Assembly (NCBI GenBank): GCA_012026655.1
Contig: JAAILG010000233.1
Coordinates: forward strand, 62,001-121,273
Direction: 5' to 3'
Source: Hydrolagus affinis
Taxonomy: Eukaryota
Length of the DNA stretch: 59,273 nt
The first letter of the stretch is position 1, and every line of letters starts with the position of its first letter. The notes beneath the pieces were generated by a model. It did not search any database, was not told the origin of the DNA, and saw only the letters and a program-made list of their open reading frames with translations. This document shows, in pieces, positions 26,048-37,453 of the stretch. A program made the translations under genes and the position numbers.

Positions 26048-26421
26048 AGAGGTGCCACCTATAAGATGAGATGTTGAACGGAGGTCCCGATTGATTGACT
26101 GTTCACGTGAGCGTTAAAGATCCCACGGCACTGTTTGAAAAGAGAGGGGAGTTTTTCCTAATATCCTGGTCACTAATCTTGCTGTTTTTTATTTTAAAAA
26201 AAGGGAAAGGGATCATTCACTCCTTGGCTATTTGTGGGACAAAGTTGCTTACAAATCACGGTCACTATATTTTAAAGAAAACAGCAAAACAACAACAAAA
26301 TTACACTTCTATAGTGCTTTTCACGTCAGGAAGACGTCGCTATTTTACAGAAAGCTTTGTGAAGCAGTCTGAGACACATCAACATGATAAGGAACCATAT
26401 CAAATGCAAGGATTGTTATTA
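26048..26421 (+). mobile_element. family B Deu-SINE containing an antisense L2 tail (26286-26340)
   Basis: gatgagatgttgaacggaggtccc...taaagatcccacggcactgtttgaa...gctatttgtgggac...tail atcaaatgcaaggattgttatta; nested aacaacaacaaaattacacttctatagtgcttttcacgtcagg. Confidence 0.85.
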
Positions 26422-27169
26422 CCCATTGAATATACAGTATTGAAAGTAGCTGGTCATGTACAGATGAACTTTGCCCTTTGGTAGTGTCAACATCCCATAA
26501 TTAGTATACACACCGCTGTCTGCCAGTGGCCACGTCTGTGGAATCTGCTGCGTGCTTTTACCGAACCAATATTATTTCCATTCATTAGCTTCTGTGTTCA
26601 GCGTTGTACACTGTATATAAATTTCCTGAAGCTTTTAGAAAAGGTGAAGACAGCAGTGATTGAAAGCAGTTTGTTGTCACTGTTTCTCTGTTCTGTTTTG
26701 CTTTTCCTTGTCAAAATGGATTTGGATCTTTTTAGGACTGGACTTCAGTTCTGAGACAAAGGTGTTTTATCTTTTATGCCCGAAAATAATCTTCTATAAA
26801 ACATGCTGCAAAAAGCAGAGCAGACTACAGAAGATGTGGGTCACGTTTCATGTGTATCAACAAAATGGAAACAGCTACTTCTGCTATTACATTCATCATA
26901 TGTTTTGATAATCCTTTTCATGGCTGTAAATTTTAAAAACAATTGGTTCAACTACAATCGACAAGCGGTGAAAAATCAGATAATATACAATAAGGCCTTT
27001 GCATTGGCATACATCGTTCTTGTTTTGCAAAACTCATCCCTGTTAAAAGAAGGGAATTTGTATGAATAAAACAATACTGGCTTGTAATCGGTAGCATTTA
27101 TACATCTGAGCATTTAGAAAGCCAAAACGGTATTTAAGACAGTAATATCTTCTGACAATGCATATTTTT

Positions 27170-27680
27170 AACAGAAGCGCCATGTGCAGGCTTCAACAAA
27201 TATGAACGTACATAGACATCAGCCTATTTATCAGCCAGAGTGCTAATTACCTCATACAATGCAACCATTTTCTTCTTCTGTGGCATTAAAGTATTCAATG
27301 ATAACTCAAAGGTGGTCAAGCTGACCAGAGAATAACCTACATGAGCATGAATGCATTAGAATGGTCTCAAGCAGAAGGACTTTATTAAACCGCCAGTTTC
27401 TAATCAGCACACTTAACTAGCTTTCATTAATCTTTCATTGGACTGTAGTTTGTCAGCAGCAGGCACAGAGTGCTAATGTTAACAAGAGCACTTAACAAAC
27501 ATGACCAGTTAATCAATGAGAATTTGAAAGATTACTTGCCAAGCATAGTTGTTGTAATTACGATAAATGTAACTTTGTTAAAAATTAAAAGATATCCATT
27601 AGTGCTGTCATTATAGATTATCCTCCTCATTTCAGTTACCGCTTTTAAATATAGCACACTTTATAAAAGGCTTTCAAGAT
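27170..27680. promoter_or_regulatory. putative conserved non-coding element / enhancer
   Basis: About 500 bp free of recognisable repeats, dense in TAAT/ATTA, TGTCA and TGATT-type motifs, with cagagtgctaat twice; conservation not tested. Confidence 0.35.
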
Positions 27681-28629
27681 TTGTAATAAAAACTACATTA
27701 TTGCATTTTTACTAATACATCTTCCAAAGTGAATGTGTAAGTTAATCGGTATGCTGAAGACTAAATTTTACATGTCAGGAGAACTTATGTTAAAGTTAGT
27801 CATACATGGACTAAAAATGGAAACATCCCTAGCTGGAGAAAATACAGTTAATGAGTAAGTGCAATGCACAATTCCTACTTTCAAAAATGTCAGTTCATAT
27901 TGAACCTTCATTCCAGATACCCTGCAATTACATTGTCAACAGAACAAGGAGTAGTGATGGATGATGCACCAGTTCATGAAACCAAACTTTCTACGAGTTA
28001 CTTAAGCTGAAACTAAGTGCTTTTACATTCCAGGGCTTATTGATAACAGTGGGTTTATATTTATCACCCTGTCGCTTTAGTTGACTGTATCAGCCTCCTC
28101 ACTTCTAGAATATGGACACTAATGGAGGTATGTCCTTATTGCTCTAAAGAGGTCATGAATTCATTCAGCTAACACTTTCACAGAATAACTGCAAGCTTAC
28201 AAACTGTGTTTTCAGCATTTTATTGAAAGTACTAGCAACTGCTGTTATTAGGTCGTAAGAATTCAGTTTCCGATTGGCTTCCTTGACTCTGTGACCCGTG
28301 TGACCCCCTACCGCACAGCTCTCGCCTCAAACTAATATACTGTTTCTACTGCCCAGTCTTGCAGTTAGTTAGTGGGCTGGTATTGGGCTTGGGGAAAGTC
28401 TGTGTTATGATTGCAGGACTCTGGTTATGAGAAATTCTGTCCAAGATCAATAATAGTTTTCCTGCTTTAATAATGGTTTGATATGATTTGTCACAGGCTG
28501 GCCCACAGAATCCTGCAGTTTTATTGTCTCACTTGCACCCTTCTACCTTGTCCTTGAGATATGAGTTCAGTTAGCAACAAAAAAATCTTTTAAAAGTCGT
28601 ATTTTGTATGGTTCAGTTATTGCACAAAG

Positions 28630-28820
28630 GCTAAACCTTGATTGTACCATCCAGAAGGTGTACTGTCATGTTCTCACACAGATGTTTAACTCTGCTCTGG
28701 AAATGGGTACAGGTATAGTGAATGGCTGGAGGCTATTTTCTACAACACCAACATTTGTTTATGGATGTTCAAAAGATTTTGATGGGTACTCAGACTGTCA
28801 GCCGAGATTTCAGATTCCTT
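28630..28820 (+). mobile_element. CR1-like RT N-terminal relic
   Basis: HVLTQMFNSALEMGTGIVNGWRLFSTTPTFVYG resembles PLT.IFN.SL..G.VP.DWR.ANVTP.FKKG. Confidence 0.42.
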
Positions 28821-29428
28821 CTGTTAACCCTGTAATGCTCCTTTGCTTCTCCACCTGCATCTACTCAACTGAAATCCCAGATGATTCTGCCCAACACAGA
28901 AAGAAAACATTCCTGTAGCATATGCAATACAATGAAACTATTTTTAAATCCATACTTTATACTGGTCTCACATTTCGCCAATATATTCAAACAATGTAGA
29001 TGTCAGATTGGGACTCGAGACATTATTGTATAAAGACCTGAAGCATAAGCTTTCCATTACGGAAATGAAACCACAAGCCGAATCAAAAATATGTTTTACC
29101 TTATAAAAAGGAGTGCGCATATAATGAAAAAAAACCCCGTGGTGTTGAAATGTTCTACAGATTTATTTCACTTGAGAGGAAAAAAAGCAATATCTATAAC
29201 TCAGTTGTACTTGTTCTTTACCGAGTTATGTGGATTTCTTAAGTAAAACTGATGTCAGACTGCACGTCATTATTTTCACAATAGACTTGTGTATTCTGGG
29301 TCTCGTCCAAGTCTCATTATTATCATATACATTATCCTCAATGCATTTCATTTTTCTGCATTTATGAAAATATTCTCAGGAATGCAACGGCCAGATGTTT
29401 TACAACTCTGAACTAACTCACACTGAGA

Positions 29429-29784
29429 CATGGGAGGAATTTAACAGCACTGCTCTCAGCATTACTGTGCACTGGGTTTGTACAATAATGCTGAGAGCAG
29501 TCTCTGCGATTGGGCCCCAGCAAGATGGTGTGGTGTGTTCACACCACACTATAGTTATAGGTCTGAGAAATATGGCCCTGAACGCACTTGTGCAGTGTGT
29601 TTTGGGAACTCAAATGAAAGGGTTTATTCACGCGTTGATCGAACTGTTACCGAAGGAACAATGGAAAAAATGTGTGGCACTCGAGCAAACATGGACAGAC
29701 AACACCAAACAGTTGGCAAAAATGGGCTGCTGCCTTCAATTACCTCATTAGCACTGGCAACAAGGTATTAGCATTCCTCACATG
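29429..29784. other. multi-hairpin element bounded by a 12-bp inverted repeat (MITE-like or structured RNA)
   Basis: Perfect 16-bp stem 29449-29464/29486-29501; 13-bp stem 29525-29552; third stem 29576-29606; ends catgggaggaat / attcctcacatg (11 of 12 complementary). Confidence 0.55.
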
Positions 29785-30029
29785 ATTTCTAACTGGACCT
29801 GCTTTGTCTTCTCCCAGTGAGGTCCAGCAGTTCTCTGCCTATCACAATAAGGATAGCTGTGATCAATCACATCCTTAGCCACACATCTGGAATGAACTCT
29901 TATTAAGCACTCGGAGCATCGGTGTTTTGTTTTGGATTGGCTGTGTTTGATGCTTTTGAAGATGGGAGTAGAAATTTATCGAATCAAGCAGTTGTTCACA
30001 GGAAGGCCAAAGCAAAGTACATTTGTGTT

Positions 30030-30770
30030 GTGTTCCTGTGAAAATCTTGACGTTGGGTGCTCTGGTTTCAGAAAGGCTTTTGATGAAGTAGCACATGACA
30101 GACTACTTTACAAACTGTCATCGAATAAGAAGGGCAAGATGGGAATGGCTAAAGGGAAGGAAGCTGAGAGTAGTTGTTGGGGAAGTTAGAATGAAATGAG
30201 AGAAGGTATTGAGTGTACCTTGCTGGGACCCCTCCTATTCTTAGCATATATATAGATAATAATAATAGTAATACTTGCATTTGATATAACACTTTTCACA
30301 TCTTCTAGACATCTCAAAGCACTTCACAGAATATACTGTAAAGTGAATTGACTGTATATTTGTGGGTGAATCGCGGCAGTCATTTGCACACAGCAGTGTC
30401 CCACAACCTGTCGTGGATTGAAATTATTATTCTTGTTTCTTTTGAGGGATTATTATCAGGCGTGTGGAGTAAGGAAACTTGTTTCATCCAAGGTTTCAAC
30501 CTGAGCTGGATTTACAGCTTTAGCAAAAAGAAGGCGTTGTTGTACTGTTTAGATTTTGTTAAATCAGGTGAGTTCAAATCTGCGGAAGTAATATTGATAA
30601 CGTGTAATAGTCTGATTAGGTCACACCTGGAGAACTGAGTACAGTTCAGTAACTGCTACATAAAATAAGGGGCCATCCAGGGGTTTGAGGGAGAGAAGAG
30701 CAATGAATCTGATCTGCAGTGTTAGGAGGGAATGAGCTACAAGATTGATTAGATAAGATAGCAACTACAG
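30030..30770 (+). mobile_element. CR1 LINE ORF2 relic, split by a SINE
   Basis: GFRKAFDEVAHDRLLYKL and LLGPLLFLAYI before the SINE; EFKSAEVILITCNSLIRSHLEN*VQF after it (cf. LYKSLVRPHLEYCVQFW). Confidence 0.82.
30257..30483 (-). mobile_element. family A SINE, 5'-truncated
   Basis: Reverse complement of caagtttccttactccacacgcctgataataatccctc...gtgggacactgctgtgtgc...atcaaatgcaagtatta. Confidence 0.92.
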
Positions 30771-31927
30771 CTTTAAACTATAGGGAGGGCGGGGAGGTAA
30801 GTGACTTTTCCTTGGAGCTGAACTGGTTTCAATATATGGTTTCAATAGCTTGGCAATAGAAATTGGAATAGAGTCAACCCTCCCTGTAGTCTCAGTAGTT
30901 CGGTTCCTGAGGCAGGTGCGTCCACAGTAAACCGAAGCACTGCTGATGACACACTAGGCAGCCTGCCTTAATTAGACGGGCAGACCTGTAAATGGGAGCA
31001 GGAATTCTGTGTGTTATCGTAGCACTAGTGGAAATCATCTCCCAAGCCTCTTCAATAAAGATAGCTGCTACCTACAGAGAGGAGCATTCATCATGGAGCA
31101 GAAGAGAAGTGATGATTCAAATCGAAACGGAGAAAGCTTGTAATGATTAAGATTAGACTAAATACCATTGAAATTCCCAGGTAACTGTATTGCTTGAATT
31201 TCTATGGTAATCTTTTACGAAAACATATACAGTCATTTTTTGAGAGTGGAGGTAGATGCAATTGAGATGTCAGCTGTGTATAAAGTTCAGCAATGACTGA
31301 GGAGATTATAAATGATTGATGGTAATGAAACTTACATGATCATGCATTTCAAGAACATGTATTATAAACTGCCGCACTTGGAAAAGAAAATTGGTTAAGA
31401 TCATGACAGAGCTTCAGAGGGTGAGAAAAATGCACATAAATTTGTTGAATACTTGGTGGCGCAATGAAAGGGCATCCACAAGGTAAAGTAAGAGAGGAAA
31501 AGATTGTTTGATAGGACACAAAGAAGGGGAATTCTGACTAAATTGAAAACATGTATTACTTTGTAGTACTTAGGATATTGATGTGCGCTGAAATCAGTAT
31601 AGTAATTTTAGAGCAGAATTTCTCTACCTATTCTCATGGCTCAGAAGATTAAATTTTCCCAGCTGTATTGTGCTTTTATGCGAATCGCTCACAGGAAAAT
31701 GGCTAACTTAGTCTTGGAGGAGGAACTTAACCCCGTTCTAAGTAGCAATTCCAACCAGACCAGCACTCTTCTCTGCCTCAGCGCCTGAAACACTATCATC
31801 CAATTCTCTTTGTTCTGGGAGAGCAACATTGTAATTTCTGCATAAGGGCAGCAACCTTCCTTCCGTATCCTGAAGTTCCTGGAGGGAAAATTTAGGTAAA
31901 TAGTGGCCTGGTTTAACCAGTAAAATG

Positions 31928-31979
31928 ACCCCCCCCACCCCACCCTCCCCTAGGCGGAGGGGGTGGGGGGGAGGGGGCG
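31928..31979. repeat. C-tract/G-tract foldback
   Basis: C-rich tract ending ccccaccccaccctcccc, then taggc, then G-rich tract ggagggggtgggggggaggggg. Confidence 0.8.
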
Positions 31980-32486
31980 ACGAAATATTAGTATAAAGTA
32001 CACGGTGGTTTACTGTGAATTTCATGATCTGTCAGTCGGCTAGTAGTCATTATTATGCAGCTCAATACTATGCATAACAGGTGTCCTTGCCTCTTGAGCC
32101 TGTCTCTCTCCAGGGCAGGTCCTGACCTCTATCATTATGAAGTTCGGATAGAGTGCTCGACAAAACAAAGGCAGTTTATTTTAGGCGCAGGGAAGCAAGT
32201 TATCAATCAGTACAGAAGGCCACATGCCATGCTGGGAGCAATCTCGACAATACAAATTATTAGGCCTGTACAGCTATGCTACAAAACAACCCAGGATTTG
32301 AGTCGCCCATTCTCGTCACAGGCCCATGGCCAGATGGCTGGAGCCAAGCTGTGAGCTGCAGAAACGTGAAAACAGCAAAAGCCTGGACTGTGTTCTAGCT
32401 GAATTAAGGCAGGATAACCTGGGACTGAAGTTGCATCCTGCATTATATTCTAGGCTTGTTCTACTTTTTACATCTAGATGCATTCA

Positions 32487-32803
32487 TGGAGTCCTGTAGC
32501 TCGGTGGTTAGAGCACGTGCCTTGCAAGCGAGAGGACGTGGGTTCAATTTGAGGCAGGACACAACCTTGGGCAAGTTTCCTTACTCCATACACCTAATAA
32601 TAATCCCTCAATAAAACCAATAAATTGGTCATTTCAATCCACAGCTGTTTGTGCGACGCTGCTGTGTGCAATCGGCTGCCGCATTTCGCCCACAAAATAT
32701 ACAGTTGGTTCACTTCACAGCATATTCTGTGAAGTGCTTTGAGATGTCAAGAAGACATAAAAAGTGCTATATCAAATTCAAGGATTATTTTCATTAATAT
32801 TAT
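32487..32803 (+). mobile_element. full-length family A SINE
   Basis: tggagtcctgtagctcggtggttagagcacgtgccttgcaagcgagaggacgtgggttcaa (tRNA-like head with A and B boxes) + Deu core + L2 tail. Confidence 0.94.
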
Positions 32804-33269
32804 TTGTATTTACTGAGAAATGCCACGTTCAACCTGTAAACTTTTATTTGAATATGTCTTTTTAAAGAGCCTCAGTACTAATCTCTAGATGAATGGATTG
32901 TTCCATAAAATGTAAGCTTCAACAACTTCTTCTTCTTACTTGGGTTGATTTACAACTATTCATGCTTTACATTTCTCATCTGACATTTTAAACCACATTC
33001 TATAGACCACGTACAATTCCAGATGGATCCATGTCTGATAGGAAACCTACCCACTGCTGGGAAGCTGGAGAATATCACTATTCTTGTGGAAAATTGAAAT
33101 GCAACGTGCTGAATTTCATATTTTTCATACAAGGTGTAGTGGCAGCAAAGCATGACAAGGAAATGTGTTGGTAAATAAACTGTTTAATGTGTAATTAAAA
33201 AGCATTACCTTCTCTATTACCACCTCTTCTAAATACTTGAAATTCAGGATGCCACTGGCTTCCCATCAA

Positions 33270-33383
33270 ACATTCCCATCACACACAGGTCATCCTCCTC
33301 TCCCCTCTGCCCTCCACCCTCCCTGATCCCGACCCCTCGGGAAGTGAAAGGCGCTACACAAGTATAATTTTGTGGTTATTATT
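33270..33383 (+). mobile_element. L2 3' end fragment
   Basis: C-rich 3' UTR then gtgaaaggcgctacacaagtataattttgt. Confidence 0.6.
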
Positions 33384-33494
33384 CTGGTATAATGATCTGT
33401 GCAAAGAAGATGCTTTTTTCAAGAATATTGCTTAAAGCTTAAACTCGGCTTTTGAACAAACAGCTAATAAATTATATTAACAATACACAATGGA

Positions 33495-33808
33495 TAATAA
33501 TAATTCTTGGATTTGAAACAGCACCTTTCATGTTGGGAGGACACCTCAAAACATTACTACCTATTTGTGTTCAGTGGTACAGGATTTTACTGTAAAATGT
33601 AGTGGCTGTATTTTGTAGGCAATCATGGCAGCCAATTTTGCACACAGTAATGTCCCACAAACGGCCATGACACCAATGACCAATTTTATCTGAGGGATTG
33701 TTGGCCAAGACAGCTGGAGGCTCTTCCTTCTCTTTTCATAGAGTCTTGTGATCTTGAACATCCATCTGACCCGGCGGATGGGACTTCGGTGCAACATCTC
33801 ATCCAAAG
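33495..33808 (-). mobile_element. family B Deu-SINE
   Basis: Reverse complement has ggatgagatgttgcaccgaagtccc, gatggatgttcaagatcac, ccgtttgtgggacattactgtgtgcaaaattggctgcc and the tail. Confidence 0.85.
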
Positions 33809-35526
33809 GAGTGAAAGAGTTTTGATTCCAATTCATATTGGACTATGGATAAACTCAAGGAATATTCCACTGTAGGAGATTGAAAGAATTCTGAATACAT
33901 GAAAGCTGACTGTGAAGTTATTAAATAGCATTTTCAGCCAAGAGCATTGATGCATACTTGAAAGAGTTTGCATAAACATTGCAGTGGAGTACTTAATGCT
34001 ACTAACTCAGGTAACTAAGGCAATAACATGTCAAGCAGACTTGGGTTTAATTGATACAGTAGTTGTGAATCTGTGATCCATAAAATAAAATGTGCCATTC
34101 TTTTCTTCCTATATTTGGTCATCAGTGGGTTGGACTATACCTATTTGTGTTACAGGTTTCAGTGTTATATTGCAAATCAATTGTTTAGGGGAAAATTATT
34201 TGACAAAATGTGATAAGTCCATCTGAAATTGCCTTTATGTTTACAACATGAAAGATGTTGGCTCGGCAGACAGAGTGCAGACATACTAGGGAAATCCTCG
34301 CAAGATTAAAAGCATTGTTCTGGACTGGTAAAAGGTCAAAAGGTTTTTTCCCATCGATTAATAGTTTACAAAAGATAGATCCAATTTGCACCAACACAGC
34401 TTAATGTGCTTTCCAGACTGTCCAAATGTAGTTTAATTGTCCATTGGTATAAAAGAAAATTCAAGAAAATATGGAGTTTTTATTTCCAAGTGGGCACAAT
34501 GACACTTAAGCAGTCCCTTCTATAAGAAAGACAGTAATGGAATCTGAACAAAGGTAATATTGACAGTAATAGCAAGGACAGAAAAGACACAGCTTCAGTA
34601 ATGTCACACATTTTATACTGGTTCTATTTTTTACTGCATGCACAGCAGGTTTCTGCTTTTGAAAATTATCCATTACAATTGTATCAATACTTTTATATTT
34701 TGTGAGACAGGATGTGGAGATGCCATCGGAAAATTAGATTTCATTCTGACATTAGGGGGTCCGGTCAACAATCCAATTCCATGTTTTTCTATTGAGACAC
34801 AAAGATTTGATATAATTTTGGTTAGAAAACATTTTTATAAATTAAACAATTGAATTTCTATCTGGTCTTGCGGAGCACTTAGCTTAAAAGAATACACTCC
34901 CAAATCAAAGCTTTTCAATCATCTTAAATATTATTTTGATGTTATGTGCCTCAAGTATAGTATCCTCTTAAATGTTATTGAACATTTGACTGACTCATGC
35001 ATACATAGGTGATGTATAAAGGTATCTTATTTATATTTTTTACAATGTTTGGATTGTGACTGACATCTGGCTGACAGGACTTAGAAAGATATATACTGTA
35101 CTACGAAGTGAATCCCCGAGCAGTCGTGAACAAGATCGCTCCTATTTATCAAGATGTATTAGGCTGATCTATTTTTCAAAATATGGACACTACACAACGA
35201 AGTGAAGGACAATGCACTATCCATAATAATGGATGGATAACATTTTCAGTTCTTAGCTTATGACTCACTGTAGGTAAAAAGCAATTACATGATTGTAAAC
35301 CTTACATCCTGAAATTCACTAATCATTTTAGAATGAACTTTCTTTTTGAGCCATATTTAGGTAATTGTTCTTTTACAACAAAATTCTAAATAATTGTGTC
35401 CTATAATAAAATCTGATCTCACTGATCTAGACTCTTGTAAATCTCATCCTTTTTAATGTATTTTAATAATTATGGCTCTGATTCCATCGGATTGCCTGGT
35501 TACTATTAAATGTCTGTAATGATTTT

Positions 35527-35770
35527 AGGCCTAGATTGCAAAGGCATTAAATATATTTTGCATTGGTTATTGATGATTAAATGGCATTACACTAGGTATA
35601 TTTCGCGTTGTGCTATGTAGTGGGGGCATATAATGTGTGCCATTTCACACACGTGTAAGTGCAAATGGAGGTTAGCATTACCACAGTTCATATTTTATAT
35701 TCCTATCATGTTATAACAGGTTAGTTTCTACAATGGGTAACACACTACCACATTTCAGTAAGATTTATCA
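35527..35770. mobile_element. possible degraded Harbinger-like MITE
   Basis: Starts ta|ggcctagattgcaaag; central imperfect palindrome ccattt-cac-acacgtgt-aagtgc-aaatgg; matching right terminus not clear. Confidence 0.25.
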
Positions 35771-37302
35771 CAGTGCAGGATATAAATAAACTCCAGCTGC
35801 ATCTGAGTCCATTTACAAGAGTCAAAATGGTGTTCGGGATTCTCAGGCGCTGAAGAAACCACAGAAGAGCTTCTGCCAAACAATTTACAGGTGGTAGATT
35901 AGTTCTACACATTGGTTTGACACCCACTGTTTCCGCTTTAGATTTAACTGATGATTTATGAAACCTGAGGAAGGCATTAAAAGAGGATCGGGTGTCAAAT
36001 ACCTACAAGTGATGCTCTGCAGTGCGATTAAAGGTGACAAGAGCACAAACCATTCTGAAACACCGATATGTTTCATAATTGAGAAAAAATGGGCTTGCAT
36101 CAGATAGCAATAGCTATCTGTATTTCCAAATAACATTATGAGGGTTCAAGATTATAGTTTCTCCATCCTTACATGCCCGCCCCCCACCCCCCCCCCCCGC
36201 CACTCCCATATCAAATGCAAAGATTATTATTATTATCTGTTTTGAGTGGACACTTAAATCAATAGGAAAAGCTTGTATTTAGTAAACAGCTTGAGACTTA
36301 ATCTTTTGGTCTAGTTCTTAATTGATGGAGGCATTGGTCTGAATCTGTGCCAGTGGCAATTCATCAATCCTGAACACAATCTCCATTCCACCTCACTTGT
36401 GACCAGCTTGGTGACATGGCACTGGAGCCATGGACCGTGGCCTATGCCCTTTGTCACTTGCCAAAGAGAAAATTGCTTAAATTAACAGGCGGTGAGTATA
36501 TACTCCAAGATCTACGAGTTACTCTGACTAGCAACCATACCAGTGAAGCCAATTTTCCCTTCCAGAATATGCTTGCTGACTTCTGAACTGATGATGATGG
36601 ATGTGTTGTTGGTGCTGCCCTGGCAACAGGTACACATGTACATTCCTGGCAACACATTAATAGATAAAATGTTTTCCTGTTTCAGGAAATGTGTTTGTTC
36701 TTGGCAGGTACACAGGTGAGCACATGCATCCCGACTGAAAAGACGGTGGAAGTTTTGTAGGCAAAGTGGGGACTGCTCCTTGGCTTCTGGTTTGCTACAG
36801 GGATGTTGGAAGCTGATGTGAGGAGGCATCTCCTCAGGAAAGCAGCTGTGACTTGAGAATTGACTTTGAACATTGATTGACTCATTGAGTGAGTGCTCCA
36901 AGTGAGTAGCGGTAAGTGCTGTACTCTCCTACCTCAGTGGGTCCAGGGCGTGTTGAATCCTGTTTGAAAATTCTTCACGCAGACGAAATGTTTTCAGCAA
37001 ACAAATCTTAAAATCTCTTAAAACTGCATTCCAACAAAAAAAATGTTGCTGCTCCTCCAGCAACTGTAATAGTTATTTTCTAAGGTTCCATTAGTCTTGC
37101 TGTGCTAAATGATGACCTTCACTTGCAGGCTGATGGTATGGAAGCAATCTTTCCAAAAATGGCAGCCTTTTGTATTCTGCTACCACCTCCTCCTCTCCAA
37201 TGAGGTAGGATTTGGAAATTTCAAATCAACTTTTGTTGAAGTGAATTATATTCAGTCACTTATGTACACACGGAATGCATCAGCCAACATAAAATTGTAC
37301 AC

Positions 37303-37453
37303 CCATAGAACCACAGAAATTGACAGCAAAGAAGAAGGCTATTTGGTCCTTTGTGTCTGTGCCGGCTCTTTTAAGAACAGTCCTTTTAGTCCCATTTATC
37401 TGCCCTATCCCGATACGCCTGTAGTCTACTGTTTTTTTAGGTATTTATCTAGT
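37303..37453 (-). mobile_element. CR1 3' end
   Basis: catagaaccacagaaattgacagcaaagaagaaggctatttggtcctttgtgtctgtgccggctct; same family as 43452-43653. Confidence 0.8.

Noticed and set aside
29395-29771. Two overlapping ORFs (118 and 97 aa) across the hairpin unit
   Set aside because: No recognisable homology or supporting splice structure
31612-31930. Possible Harbinger remnant (QALRQRRVL; gcagaattt / gtaaaatgaccc ends)
   Set aside because: Termini and peptide similarity too weak
32055-32354. ORF containing DLYHYEVRI, reminiscent of the Argonaute N-terminal motif
   Set aside because: Similarity limited to a few residues; flanks do not match and no other Argonaute exons are present
32487-32560. 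tRNA-like sequences here and at 14304, 45870-45944 and 50241
   Set aside because: SINE heads: no intact acceptor stem and each continues into the SINE body
37201-37215. tgaggtagga, let-7-like start
   Set aside because: Only the seed region matches; no hairpin
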